Assembly: GCA_003669585.1 (NCBI GenBank)
Contig: QWOQ01000005.1
Coordinates: 650,502 to 714,501, forward strand
Reading direction: 5' to 3'
Length of the DNA stretch: 64,000 bases
DNA from: Planctomycetota bacterium
GTDB lineage: Bacteria; Planctomycetota; Planctomycetia; Pirellulales; UBA1268
Part shown: piece by piece, positions 20,005 through 29,693 of the stretch
Position numbering within the stretch: position 1 is the stretch's first letter
Layout of the letters: every line of letters begins with the position of its first letter
Notes under the pieces: model-generated
Told to the model about the DNA's origin: nothing
The model's input: only the letters and a program-made list of their open reading frames with translations
Database searches by the model: none
Translations under genes and position numbers: made by a program

Positions 20005-20580
20005 CTAACTATGCATCCGTGGTGGATCGCTTGACGCAGAGAGAACGCCGGCTTCAAACACTGCAAGTTCCTTTGCACGGCGACTGACGACATCTGGCGG
20101 GGCATAGAGTTTGGCCAGTCGAAAATAGGCTGCGTGATGCCTCGATTCACTTGCCACGAGATCGGCATAGAGGGCAGACAATTCTCGATCCTGCACGCGT
20201 TCGGCCAGAAGAGTAAAACGCTCGCACGACCGAGCCTCGATAAGACCACCAATCAACAAGCGATCAACGGCCCGATCGGGCTCTCCGCTGCGAACTATTT
20301 CTGCCAACCGCGATGCGTAGGAGGCGGGCGAAAGCTTTCGAAAAGGAATTCCCCTTTTTTCAAGTTGATTCATAACCAGAAGAAGATGTCCAAGTTCCTC
20401 TTCAACAATATCTCGCATCGCACGCACAACTTCGGGCTGTTCGATGTATGCAAACAGCAGACTCATCGCTGTGCTAGCAGCTTTTTTTTCACAGTGCGCA
20501 TGATCGACAAGCACCACGGAAAGATCTGAATCTACCTGTGAGAGCCATCGCGTATGATCCACGGTCTCAAGATCAAGCAC
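20005..20580 (-). CDS. miaE: tRNA-(ms2io6A)-hydroxylase
   Basis: DHAHCEKKAASTAM, EELGHLLLV, LIEARSCERF and SESRHH correspond to the MiaE di-iron helix motifs. Confidence 0.8.
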   Translation of the reverse strand: MLDLETVDHTRWLSQVDSDLSVVLVDHAHCEKKAASTAMSLLFAYIEQPEVVRAMRDIVEEELGHLLLVMNQLEKRGIPFRKLSPASYASRLAEIVRSGEPDRAVDRLLIGGLIEARSCERFTLLAERVQDRELSALYADLVASESRHHAAYFRLAKLYAPPDVVSRRAKELAVFEAGVLSASSDPPRMHS

Positions 20581-20591
20581 CGTTCACCCTT

Positions 20592-21482
20592 TTATCCTTT
20601 CTCGTTATTGGTGGGACGACCGGCTCGATTCCAGACGTATTGAATGAGCCTTGTCGTCGCAAGAGGAGCCAGACGCTTGAGCCGCCAGAGCCATCGGGCT
20701 CTGCGTCCTTCAACGACGTAAAAGCGTCCTGTATTCATCGCATGCAGAACGATTTTCGCGATGTCGTCTGAGGATCGACTGGCGGAAGTCATTCGGCGAT
20801 CGGCTTCAACTCGCTCTTTCGCAGAAGTGAAGTGCCACGATTCGAGCAGAGATGATCGAAAGAAACCTGGGCACACTACGGTTACACCCGGTCGCCTATT
20901 TTTATTCTCGGCCATGATTGCCTCCGAGAGCGCAACGACTCCCGCCTTGCTCGCCGCATAGGCCGACATCGTTGGAGGAGAGAGAATCGCGGCAATGGAA
21001 GCGATATTCACCAGATGCGATCGTACCGGATGGGATCGCAGCCATGGCATGAATGTCTCACAACCAAGAGCCGTTCCGATCAGATTTGTATCGATCACTC
21101 TTCGCCACTGCGATTCTCCCAACGTTCCAACATAACCAGTAGCGCCAACACCTGCGCTGTTGACAAGCAGTTCAAGGGATGTCCATTTCGATCGCAATTC
21201 GGTTGAGAGTGACGTCCATGCCGATGCATCACGGACATCCATCAGATGAGCCGTCGCTTCGGGAAGACAACCGTGCAAAACTTTTGACGCGATGAGGTTC
21301 ACCTGTTCGGTCGCTTCGCGCAACCTCACCGAGTCCATGTCGACCATTGCAACACGCCAACCGGCGCTGCACAACTCAACAGACATGCTGCGTCCTAGGC
21401 CACTCGACGCACCCGAGACCACAGCGCTTGGCCGACCGTCGAGGCTCTTCCACGAACTCAGTCGAATCGTGGTGCTAGACAT
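20592..21482 (-). CDS. short-chain dehydrogenase/reductase (SDR)
   Basis: It has the GASSGLGRS cofactor motif, NSAG, and YAASKAG (YxxxK). The start is set to Met 21482, because the longest ORF would abut the tRNA gene. Confidence 0.85.
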   Translation of the reverse strand: MSSTTIRLSSWKSLDGRPSAVVSGASSGLGRSMSVELCSAGWRVAMVDMDSVRLREATEQVNLIASKVLHGCLPEATAHLMDVRDASAWTSLSTELRSKWTSLELLVNSAGVGATGYVGTLGESQWRRVIDTNLIGTALGCETFMPWLRSHPVRSHLVNIASIAAILSPPTMSAYAASKAGVVALSEAIMAENKNRRPGVTVVCPGFFRSSLLESWHFTSAKERVEADRRMTSASRSSDDIAKIVLHAMNTGRFYVVEGRRARWLWRLKRLAPLATTRLIQYVWNRAGRPTNNEKG

Positions 21483-21533
21483 CGCCTCGAACTCTCTTTT
21501 TAAAAAAGGACCGCCGGCGCGACGATCCAATAG

Positions 21534-21607
21534 CGAGGGTGACGGGACTCGAACCCGCGGCCTCCAACGTGACAGGCTGGCGCTCTAACCAACTGAGCTA
21601 CACCCCC
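21534..21607 (-). tRNA. tRNA-Asp (anticodon GTC), with no encoded CCA
   Basis: I folded it by hand. The acceptor stem is GGGGGTG/CACCCTC, the D arm is GCTC..GAGC, the anticodon stem is CCAGC/GTTGG with loop CTGTCAC, the T arm is GCGGG-TTCGAGT-CCCGT, and the discriminator is G. Confidence 0.9.
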
Positions 21608-21793
21608 GTGTAAAGCCTAGAGAGCAAATCTCTCTCAAACTTTTAGGCGGGTTGTGGCCTCGCTAACTCAGCAGACTATAACGGCTCTCTTCCGATGTCG
21701 ACAGGCCGCCTCCTCTACCCGCCGAACACACTTGCATTCACGCTCAAGCGAGCTTTTTTCAAGACGCAGCGTCGCTGCCTCGTGCATGGGATT

Positions 21794-22810
21794 TTAGAAA
21801 ATGCCTCGACTGGGATCGAATCCTTTTTGGCGAGCAATTTCGAAATCCTGTTCCGCTTGAGACACAAATCCGGCAGCCTTACAGGCGAGCGCCCGATGAT
21901 GAAGCATCACTGCGAGGCTGTGATCAATCGATCGCAAACGTCTGGCAAGTTCGATTGGATTCATTTGTTTGGCGAGCAGGAGATTCTGTCGGCGAAGTTG
22001 CTGCATGGTATCAATGGCAAAATTCATTTCATCAATCGCTTCTTGATGTTTTCCCAGAAGATGCAAAATGTATCCCCGGGTGTCGAGGATCTCGGCCGAA
22101 GGATCTCCTTGGAGTGCGATGGCACGATCAACGTCTTTGAGCGCTTCGGGAAGTTGGCGCTGAACCAGCGCGCGGATGTACGCCCGATGGTTGAGCGCTT
22201 CCAAATCAGATTCAGGGGAGAGTTCGAGAACACGCTCGGCATCCTTCAGGGCTCCTTCCGGATCGTCAAGACAGACTCGAACCATAGCTCGCACTCGATA
22301 CGCTTCAATGGCCTGAGGGTTTTGCGCAATTGCCTCATTCGCATCCTCTAGCGCCCCCGTTTTGTCGCGATTCTCCAGACGAAGCATCGCTCTCATCGAC
22401 AAGAGTCGTGGCAGGTTAAAATTTGCACGCTGTCGATCCTGCCACGCAATGGCTCTGTCGAGACCGGCAATGGCACCCTCCAAATCATTCCTCGCTTCGC
22501 ACGTCTTTGCATGGTTGACACTCCAGCGAACAACCACGAGACGAATCTTTGGGATGATCGTCGGCGCAAGCACCGCAGGAACGACTACCAGCGTCATGAT
22601 CAAGAGAACAATAAAACGTTTCGTCGATCCTGGTTGCTTCGGTCTGACATTCGCATGTTGAATATTTTTCTCAACCGGCGTTGCGTCAAACGATGCTGGA
22701 ATCGGAAAACCTAAATTGTCCCGTCGTATCTCAGCCATAGGATGGACTCGATGAGTTGATTGCGTTATTGCGAACTGATTGGATTCTACAGGCTTCGCGA
22801 TACTCGACAA
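21794..22810 (-). CDS. TPR-repeat protein with one N-terminal TM helix
   Basis: The 338-aa protein has a TM segment (FIVLLIMTLVVVPAVLAP), followed by repeated TPR-like A..y..RA....l.d...Al.D units. Confidence 0.75.
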   Translation of the reverse strand: MSSIAKPVESNQFAITQSTHRVHPMAEIRRDNLGFPIPASFDATPVEKNIQHANVRPKQPGSTKRFIVLLIMTLVVVPAVLAPTIIPKIRLVVVRWSVNHAKTCEARNDLEGAIAGLDRAIAWQDRQRANFNLPRLLSMRAMLRLENRDKTGALEDANEAIAQNPQAIEAYRVRAMVRVCLDDPEGALKDAERVLELSPESDLEALNHRAYIRALVQRQLPEALKDVDRAIALQGDPSAEILDTRGYILHLLGKHQEAIDEMNFAIDTMQQLRRQNLLLAKQMNPIELARRLRSIDHSLAVMLHHRALACKAAGFVSQAEQDFEIARQKGFDPSRGIF

Positions 22811-22968
22811 AAAATTACGCGGCCTCAGAATAAGATTCGGTTGCTGGATGCTGCCTCACCTGATTGACGACTGATCCCTCGAGGCGCTACAGTTTGACCA
22901 TTGTCGTAACCATACACCTCTTCACCGAACGATATTTTTGTTGAAGATCTCTCTCAGGGGAGTTTGAT

Positions 22969-23295
22969 ATGCCACTGTTCGAAATCGAAACGAACGCTCA
23001 CATCATCATTTCGTGGGCATCGGACGAACAGTCTGCCACGGAAGTCGTGCGCGATGCTTTTCCCGGTGAAGCGGTTGTGCGACTCACGCGAAGACCCCGC
23101 GATACTTGGGTCATATCAAAGTCTGCACTTGGACTAACCGATTCGCAAATCGATCCTTGCAATACCGCCCGGGATTGTCTTGCCAAAGCTTCAGGAGACA
23201 AAGTACACGCGATTCGTCTTTACATGCGAGAAACGGGTGCCGACCTTGAGCGATCAAGAAAAGTAATCGAGTCGAACATGGTTATGGGCTGGTAG
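22969..23295 (+). CDS. small hypothetical protein with a ribosomal L7/L12 C-terminal-domain-like motif
   Basis: ATG 22969 is preceded by GGGGAG. The C-terminal KVHAIRLYMRETGADLERSRKVIES aligns with the L7/L12 segment [25 protein letters not shown]. Confidence 0.5.
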   Translation: MPLFEIETNAHIIISWASDEQSATEVVRDAFPGEAVVRLTRRPRDTWVISKSALGLTDSQIDPCNTARDCLAKASGDKVHAIRLYMRETGADLERSRKVIESNMVMGW

Positions 23296-23301
23296 TCAGG
23301 C

Positions 23302-24393
23302 TTACTGCGGCCGCAGCGGAGTTTCAAACGATGCTGTGCGCACTCCAGACGGCGTCGGCTGAGACTCATCGACGAGCAACGATCGAGTCGGTTTATAGCT
23401 CGATGTACCGCCCGGTCTATAACCAGGATCGGCTCGTCTTGTTGGCACGCCGGGACTGTTTCCAGAGGCCTCTTTTTGACGTGGAGCATCGGCCGCAGGC
23501 GCGGGCGACTCGAAGGCACGAGGATTCGTTGCCGCAGGGGAAATGGATCCCGTGCCATAGGGTGGCTGCGCAATCGCCGATGGATTTGGTGTAAGTCCTT
23601 GCAGCGGCGGCGTTGCTGTCGAAGCCTGTGCCGCAGGGTACTCCTGAGCAGGCGATCGAGTTGCAGATGCATCTTCCGCAGAACCAAATCGGCTCGGGCT
23701 GCCAGAAGAGTATCTCGAACCATTTCCTACAGGATCGGGGTATCGAGTATCCGCCATACGAGCTGCCGGAGGAGCCGTTGAACCGGCAGCACCGCCGCTC
23801 ATCAAAGCCTCCGATGGAGACGCTGCAGGAGAAGCAAATTCGCTGCTGCCGATCGATGAACCAAAACCGCTCGAAGGCCTCGGCGGCGCCGATGGACTCT
23901 GTGAAAATGAACCTGACGGGCTACTCGCTCCGGGGTTCGCTAAAGGCGAGTCGAGTGGCTTGGAAGCGTATGGACCAACTTGCGGTCCAAGACCTGTTGT
24001 TATCGAGGCCGGTTTTGATTCCAGATGAGAGGCTGTCGTAGATGGTGACGAGCCATACGTTACCGGTCGCTGTGGGGTCGAAATCAACGCAACTTCTGAT
24101 TTTTCTTTTGCTTTCGTGGAGGCGTCGGGAGTATCTGTGACAACGTAGCCGTTGGGAGTTGATGTTGTTGGATAGGGCGTTGCGCTTTCTGAAGGTTTTT
24201 TTGGATTGGCTTCAAAAAGAGGCGCTGTTGCGAGCTTTTCTTTCTCGGCATTGGATGTACCAGTAAGCGGCCACCATGACTTGTTGGCTGAAGTTGTTCC
24301 GGTTTTGCATCCTGATGCGCTCATGCCTACGACACTCCATGCCATCAGCGCGTACAGGATGAAACGATTCCGCGAAAAAATATGAAGCACCAT
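23302..24393 (-). CDS. Ser/Pro/Thr/Ala-rich low-complexity lipoprotein (hypothetical)
   Basis: The internal ATG at 24393 is preceded by GAGGAGG. A signal peptide with a lipobox-like SASGC follows, and then a long S/P/A/T-rich tract. Confidence 0.6.
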   Translation of the reverse strand: MVLHIFSRNRFILYALMAWSVVGMSASGCKTGTTSANKSWWPLTGTSNAEKEKLATAPLFEANPKKPSESATPYPTTSTPNGYVVTDTPDASTKAKEKSEVALISTPQRPVTYGSSPSTTASHLESKPASITTGLGPQVGPYASKPLDSPLANPGASSPSGSFSQSPSAPPRPSSGFGSSIGSSEFASPAASPSEALMSGGAAGSTAPPAARMADTRYPDPVGNGSRYSSGSPSRFGSAEDASATRSPAQEYPAAQASTATPPLQGLTPNPSAIAQPPYGTGSISPAATNPRAFESPAPAADAPRQKEASGNSPGVPTRRADPGYRPGGTSSYKPTRSLLVDESQPTPSGVRTASFETPLRPQ

Positions 24394-24700
24394 GAAAAAC
24401 CTCCTCACGCATTCGCCCAATCTGAAGTCAACTGCATACAGACAAGCAGTTCGGAGGGAATACGGGGATGGATCACAGGGCGTCAACGGCAATGCCATCG
24501 GGCCGAGCAATTGAAATCGCGACACACGCGACACACGCAACACATTGGGCGATATGGAAAAACAGCTTGATCCGGGTAGACCGTATCACGCTGAAAAATC
24601 TCCCTGTTTAGTAGCTCGGGCCTCCAAAAACAAACGCTTTTCATGCGTTGTCAGGAGTCGGGATGCACCGACGAAACAGGGTTCATAACACAAAAATTTT

Positions 24701-25315
24701 TTACTTTTTTGCGTTGGCAGCAAATCGTTTTCCAACCGCGTCCCAATCAACCACGCTAAAAAATGCAGTCAGATAGTCGACACGACGATTTTGATAGAGC
24801 AGATAGTAGGCGTGCTCCCAAACGTCAACGCCTACGAGCGGCGTATTTCCGTGCATGATCGGACTATCTTGATTGGCCGTGCTCTCGATGACGAGCTTTC
24901 CCTTTGGATCGAGCGAGAGCCAAGCCCAACCACTTCCAAAACGCGTCATAGCGGCTTTCGTAAAATCTTCCTTGAATTTATCGAAACCACCTAATTGGCC
25001 TCGAATTGCCTCTGCAAGATGCCCGGCTGGTTCGCCTCCCTTTCCCTTTCCGATTGTGGTCCAGAAAAGAGAGTGGTTCGCGTGGCCGCCACCGTTATTG
25101 CGTACGGCGGTGCGGACGGCTTCAGGCACTTTGTCGAGGCTCGCGATCAATTGTTCAATGTTCTGTTCGCCAAGAGGATTTCCCTCGAGAGCCTTGTTCA
25201 GATTTGTGACATACGCCGCATGATGCTTGTCATGATGAATTTCCATCGTTTTGGCATCGATGTGAGGCTCAAGAGCGTCAAATGCATAGGGAAGCGCGGG
25301 AAGTTGGTACGCCAT
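24701..25315 (-). CDS. sodA: superoxide dismutase, Mn-type
   Basis: It has [45 protein letters not shown] (a SodA-type motif) and DVWEHAYY. Confidence 0.95.
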   Translation of the reverse strand: MAYQLPALPYAFDALEPHIDAKTMEIHHDKHHAAYVTNLNKALEGNPLGEQNIEQLIASLDKVPEAVRTAVRNNGGGHANHSLFWTTIGKGKGGEPAGHLAEAIRGQLGGFDKFKEDFTKAAMTRFGSGWAWLSLDPKGKLVIESTANQDSPIMHGNTPLVGVDVWEHAYYLLYQNRRVDYLTAFFSVVDWDAVGKRFAANAKK

Positions 25316-25535
25316 AACAAATATCTCCTTAGCGAAAGAATAGGGGTGTGAAAAATTTGAACATTGGTTGAGTGAGTTGGAAAGATACCGCAGGGATGGT
25401 CGACCTACAATCGGCCCCGACTCCTAGAGGGCCAAGAACCCATTTCGGGGAGAGTCCGATACGATACGGAATTTTGGCTGATGAAAAAATGCTCTTTCGC
25501 AGCGATTCATTCTCTCTCCGATGCCAGACACGCCC

Positions 25536-25562
25536 TGTGAGCCATGTGAGCCATGTGAGCCC
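25536..25562. repeat. 9-bp tandem repeat TGTGAGCCA, about 3 copies
   Basis: Read directly as tgtgagcca tgtgagcca tgtgagccc. It lies in the sodA / membrane-protein divergent intergenic region. Confidence 0.9.
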
Positions 25563-25698
25563 AAAGATTACCGAATCGGAAAGCGATGCTGTCGAAAACG
25601 ATTGTGCCGGCGTGGAGCAACTAGGCTGAACGTTCCGAACCTTCCGCGCAGGAGCATAAAAGAAGGGGGCCGGCAGACGCTCAATCCCATTCTCCTTT

Positions 25699-26892
25699 TT
25701 GGTCGATGAATTCGTCCGAGGGATGCCGTGCAGTCATCCCTTGATGTTTAGATATTCCAAAAAATACGCTCGGTTCGGATTCGCAACTATGTCGTCGTCA
25801 GGAACTCATCGCCGTGATCAACGGCGACGATTAGTCGTTTCGGAAAGCCTTGCCACCGTTGTGTCGAATCCACAAAACGCTGGTGACGTTCAACGCACAG
25901 CACCATACTCCCCTCAGGCGGATCCGGACAGACAGCGTTCGATCGCTTCTTTTCTTCCTGTGAGCCGAGGACCTTTTTTTGTCGCGTGCGTCACATCGAT
26001 CGGACTGCCAGCGATTCTGTTGACTGCTGGAATATTTTTTCCTGAACAGAGTGCAGGACAATTTGAATCCAGCATAACTGCGACTCGCGCAATGATCGAT
26101 CCGGCGCAGGGTGCCCCACTGATCGAGTGGATTTCCGGAATTCAAATCCTCGTTGCTTCACTCGTAGCGATTTCCATTCGAGGCATGCGACGGCATCGGT
26201 TGGACGATTACTGCGGTCGCTTTCGGGCATGGAGTTGGATGGCCTCGCTGCTAGTCGTGGCTTCGTTGAATGCCAACACGTCATGCGGACGTATCGTTGG
26301 CCACTTTCTAGACAATGTCACCGGGATCACTTTAGGACCAAACGGCTTGGGATGGTGGCTCGCCGTATCGGCAACCGCGTTGGGTGTTATTTCGCTTTGG
26401 GCAATCCTTCCACTTCATAGTCGTCGCTGGAGTGGCATATGGGTTTCATGTGCATGCACTGCATGGCTGGGCGCGGGAGTATGCGAGTGGTTTTCACAAA
26501 GTATCGCGATGCAGTCTGTATCTCAGGCCGTCTGGGCCATCGGCAGTGGATTGATGTTGATCGCGATGCTCACTTCAGCTCGCGGCGTCATTCTTGAAAT
26601 TCGAGGGATTGCCACCCCGCGAGCAAAGAAAGAACCGAAAAACTCTCCTCTGCCCACATCTACAGAATCAATTCTCTTCAAAGAAAATCCTGTGGACGAC
26701 GATCCACAGATCTCTGAAGACTCTACGAGTCCATTTCCTATCTCCGATCCAGAGACTATGGAGCCCGAAAAGACTCGCGATACTTCTTGGAATGATTCTG
26801 AAGAAACAGCCGAGAACGATGCTCATCCACAACTGTCTCGCGTTGAACGCAAGCGACTCAAACGACTTGCCCGCATGAAACGCTCTGCCTAG
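25699..26892 (+). CDS. hypothetical multi-pass membrane protein with an acidic C-terminal tail
   Basis: The 397-aa ORF has several hydrophobic helices (e.g. FFVACVTSIGLPAILLTAGIFF, WWLAVSATALGVISLWAILPL) and a charged C-terminus. The start is uncertain; candidates are 25699 TTG and ATGs at 25723, 25744 and 25789. Confidence 0.6.
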   Translation: MVDEFVRGMPCSHPLMFRYSKKYARFGFATMSSSGTHRRDQRRRLVVSESLATVVSNPQNAGDVQRTAPYSPQADPDRQRSIASFLPVSRGPFFVACVTSIGLPAILLTAGIFFPEQSAGQFESSITATRAMIDPAQGAPLIEWISGIQILVASLVAISIRGMRRHRLDDYCGRFRAWSWMASLLVVASLNANTSCGRIVGHFLDNVTGITLGPNGLGWWLAVSATALGVISLWAILPLHSRRWSGIWVSCACTAWLGAGVCEWFSQSIAMQSVSQAVWAIGSGLMLIAMLTSARGVILEIRGIATPRAKKEPKNSPLPTSTESILFKENPVDDDPQISEDSTSPFPISDPETMEPEKTRDTSWNDSEETAENDAHPQLSRVERKRLKRLARMKRSA

Positions 26893-27047
26893 TGAAAGTC
26901 CTTCGATCGGGTCTTCGACGCAGGTGCTTTTGACGCTCTGCACCGCAACTCCTTACGCTCTATCAGGCATGCTGGCACTCTACCGGCAATTCCTTTGAAG
27001 ACCTGAAGCATCTTTGACCTACTCGATCACACCTAGAAGAAACTCTT

Positions 27048-28619
27048 GTGACTGTACGCACCCGTTTTGCCCCGAGTCCGACTGGTTATTTGCACATTGG
27101 CGGTGTGCGCACAGCACTCTTTAATTGGCTTTTTGCTCGACATCACGGCGGCACATTCATTCTGCGGATTGACGACACCGACACCGCTCGCAACGTTGAC
27201 GAAGCACTTCAACCGATTCTTGACGGCCTTCTCTGGTTGGGTATTGATTGGGACGAAGGGCCGCGAGTGGGCGGGCCACACGAACCTTATTTTCAATCCC
27301 AACGAGCAGATCGTCACTGTCTTGCTGTTGAAGCGCTTCTGGCGTCGGGGCATGCGTATCGAGATTTTTCCAGACCTGAGGAACTCGATCTGGAGCGCAA
27401 GGCCGCCCAAGCTGCTGGCGCAGCGTTCATTTATTCCCGACGTTTTGCCGCCATGACTGATGCAGACTGCAATCGATTCATCGCAGAAGGCCGATCGTCG
27501 GTTGTACGACTGAAGATGCCGCGTACAGGATCTCTCACCATTGTCGATCTCGTGCGAGGTCCGGTCGAGTTTGCATGGCAGAGAGAACAGGATCATGTCA
27601 TTCAGCGAGCAAATGGTTCATGCCTCTATCATCTCGCAAGCGTTGTGGATGACCAAGACCTCGCCATCACGCATGTGATTCGCGCTGAAGAGCATCTTTC
27701 AAACACGCCTCGTCAAGCATTTATCGCAATGTCGCTTGGATACAAACTCCCAACGTATGCACATCTACCACTGGTGGCTGAACCGGGAAGCCGTACGAAA
27801 CTGAGCAAACGGAAACTTTCGCAGTATTTAAAAAATGCAGACTTCTCGCAGATCACCGACCACGGCACCCGAATTGCCGAGCGAGTCGGACTTACGGTTC
27901 AGTCCGATACATTCAATCCTGTGGTTGTTGATTTCTATCGAGAAGTCGGCTACCTCCCGTGGGCCATTGTCAACTATCTCGCGCTGCTCGGTTGGTCGTA
28001 CGACGACCATACGGAATTTTTTTCACGTGACGAACTCATTTCTCGCTTTTCGCTTGAAAAAATCAACAGTTCCCCCGCGAGCTTCGACCCCAAAAAACTA
28101 TGGGCAGTCCAGGATCATTACATGCGTGGGGCAACGATGGCGGAGAAATTGGCTGTCATGCTTCCATTTCTCCAGCGTGCAGGGCTCGTTCCGTCATCTC
28201 CGACGGCGGAAACACTGTCTCTTGTGCAATCGATTGTTGAGGCTTCCGGGGATCGTCTCAAAGTTGCTGGGGACATTCTTGCCTATGCCGATTTTTTCTT
28301 GGTCGACCATCCGTTGATGGATCAGGCCGCAGTTCGCTTGCGATTGGAAAAGCCTGGAATTGGGTCGCTTCTTGGCAGCTACCGTAAAAGCATCGCGGAA
28401 CTTTCAGAATTCTCAAAAATATCTCTTGAAGAGTCGCTGAAAAAAATAGTTGCCGATGCCGGACTCAAAACAGGCGACTTCGTGCATGCCGTCAGAGTAG
28501 CAGTTACTGGCAAGACAGTCGGTCCGGGGCTCTATGATTGTTTATTCATTCTCGGACGAGAATCGGTTCTTCGCAGAATTGACTCCGCCATAAAACTCTG
28601 TCCGCCAGCAACAACGTGA
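27048..28619 (+). CDS. gltX: glutamate--tRNA ligase
   Basis: It has RFAPSPTGYLHIGGVRTALFNWLFAR (HIGH region) and the KLSKRK (KMSKS) motif. The start codon is GTG. Confidence 0.9.
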   Translation: MTVRTRFAPSPTGYLHIGGVRTALFNWLFARHHGGTFILRIDDTDTARNVDEALQPILDGLLWLGIDWDEGPRVGGPHEPYFQSQRADRHCLAVEALLASGHAYRDFSRPEELDLERKAAQAAGAAFIYSRRFAAMTDADCNRFIAEGRSSVVRLKMPRTGSLTIVDLVRGPVEFAWQREQDHVIQRANGSCLYHLASVVDDQDLAITHVIRAEEHLSNTPRQAFIAMSLGYKLPTYAHLPLVAEPGSRTKLSKRKLSQYLKNADFSQITDHGTRIAERVGLTVQSDTFNPVVVDFYREVGYLPWAIVNYLALLGWSYDDHTEFFSRDELISRFSLEKINSSPASFDPKKLWAVQDHYMRGATMAEKLAVMLPFLQRAGLVPSSPTAETLSLVQSIVEASGDRLKVAGDILAYADFFLVDHPLMDQAAVRLRLEKPGIGSLLGSYRKSIAELSEFSKISLEESLKKIVADAGLKTGDFVHAVRVAVTGKTVGPGLYDCLFILGRESVLRRIDSAIKLCPPATT

Positions 28620-28810
28620 ATAGACCTCACTGATTTTTATTCTCTTTTCAACTGGTCAACTCCACTGGCGTGCCTATGTTGCCTGAGAGACGCTGTAGGG
28701 ATTTACAAAATCCCGCATGTTCTCTGTACAAATTTATGCTTGTTTGTCTTTTGGATTCCTTTTTTCAAGGAACCCCACTCAAGCAGTTTACCAATGGAGG
28801 GCGACTTTTT

Positions 28811-29428
28811 ATGAGACAGATTTTTGGTCTTTTTTGTGGTTGGAAACGATCGTCGATTCGAAGTGGAATTCTTGCGTGTGCAGCACTATCCATTCTTGTG
28901 GCTCCAACATTCGCTTATGCCAAGCCATGTAAAAAATCGACGACTCACCGCAAGGTAGCCTCTGATTCAACACATTCCCAAGTGGCACTGGCAGCACCGA
29001 AAAAAGATGCTCCCAAAGACATCGTCGATACTGCCGTGGGAGCCGGATCCTTTAAGACGCTTGCCGCAGCCCTCACTGCCGCGGGATTGGTTGAAACGTT
29101 AAAAAGCAAGGGTCCTTTCACTGTTTTTGCACCGACTGATGAGGCCTTTGCCAAGCTTCCAGCTGGAACGATCGACACGCTTCTCAAGCCTGAGAATAAG
29201 AAGCAGTTGGCCAACATCCTTCTGCTGCACGTTGTTCCAGGAACAGTACTGGCCGCGGATGTCGTAAAGCTGACTTCGGCAAAGACCGCCGGGGGAACGG
29301 AAATTACGATTTCTGCAGATGATGGTGTCAAAGTTGGCACAGCCACTGGTATGGCCACGGTGACCAAGACTGATATCAAGGCTTCCAACGGTGTTATTCA
29401 TGTGATCGATTCGGTGATTCTCCCGTAG
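28811..29428 (+). CDS. fasciclin (FAS1) domain protein, secreted
   Basis: ATG 28811 follows GGAGGG. The protein has a signal peptide and then [48 protein letters not shown] ... [13 protein letters not shown]. Confidence 0.85.
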   Translation: MRQIFGLFCGWKRSSIRSGILACAALSILVAPTFAYAKPCKKSTTHRKVASDSTHSQVALAAPKKDAPKDIVDTAVGAGSFKTLAAALTAAGLVETLKSKGPFTVFAPTDEAFAKLPAGTIDTLLKPENKKQLANILLLHVVPGTVLAADVVKLTSAKTAGGTEITISADDGVKVGTATGMATVTKTDIKASNGVIHVIDSVILP

Positions 29429-29528
29429 CCGTGGGTATCGTGGGTCCTCCGCAGGTTGAGGGGAAATGAAAAATTGATCGAGTTTGAGTCGATCAGTCGT
29501 AAAACCCAACTCAATGTCTAAAAAATCT

Positions 29529-29573
29529 GGCAGATTTTGATTCCCACGAGGGTTTCAAAATCTGCCTTTTTTT
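29529..29573 (+). terminator. intrinsic terminator after the fasciclin gene
   Basis: It has a perfect 12-bp stem, GGCAGATTTTGA / TCAAAATCTGCC, a 14-nt loop, and then TTTTTTT. Confidence 0.75.
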
Positions 29574-29693
29574 ATTGTCGATTTGGCCAAGTTTTTGTAC
29601 AGTCATCACGTTAAAAATACTTTTCGCGTTCAAATCGGATACGCATTCTTCAACAGACTCGATACTCTCTTTGATGAAATGGAATTCTTTGAA

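Noticed and set aside
24628-24650. A possible terminator downstream of sodA (minus strand AACGC-ATGAAAA-GCGTT followed by TGTTTTT).
   Set aside because: The stem is only 5 bp, which is too weak to call.
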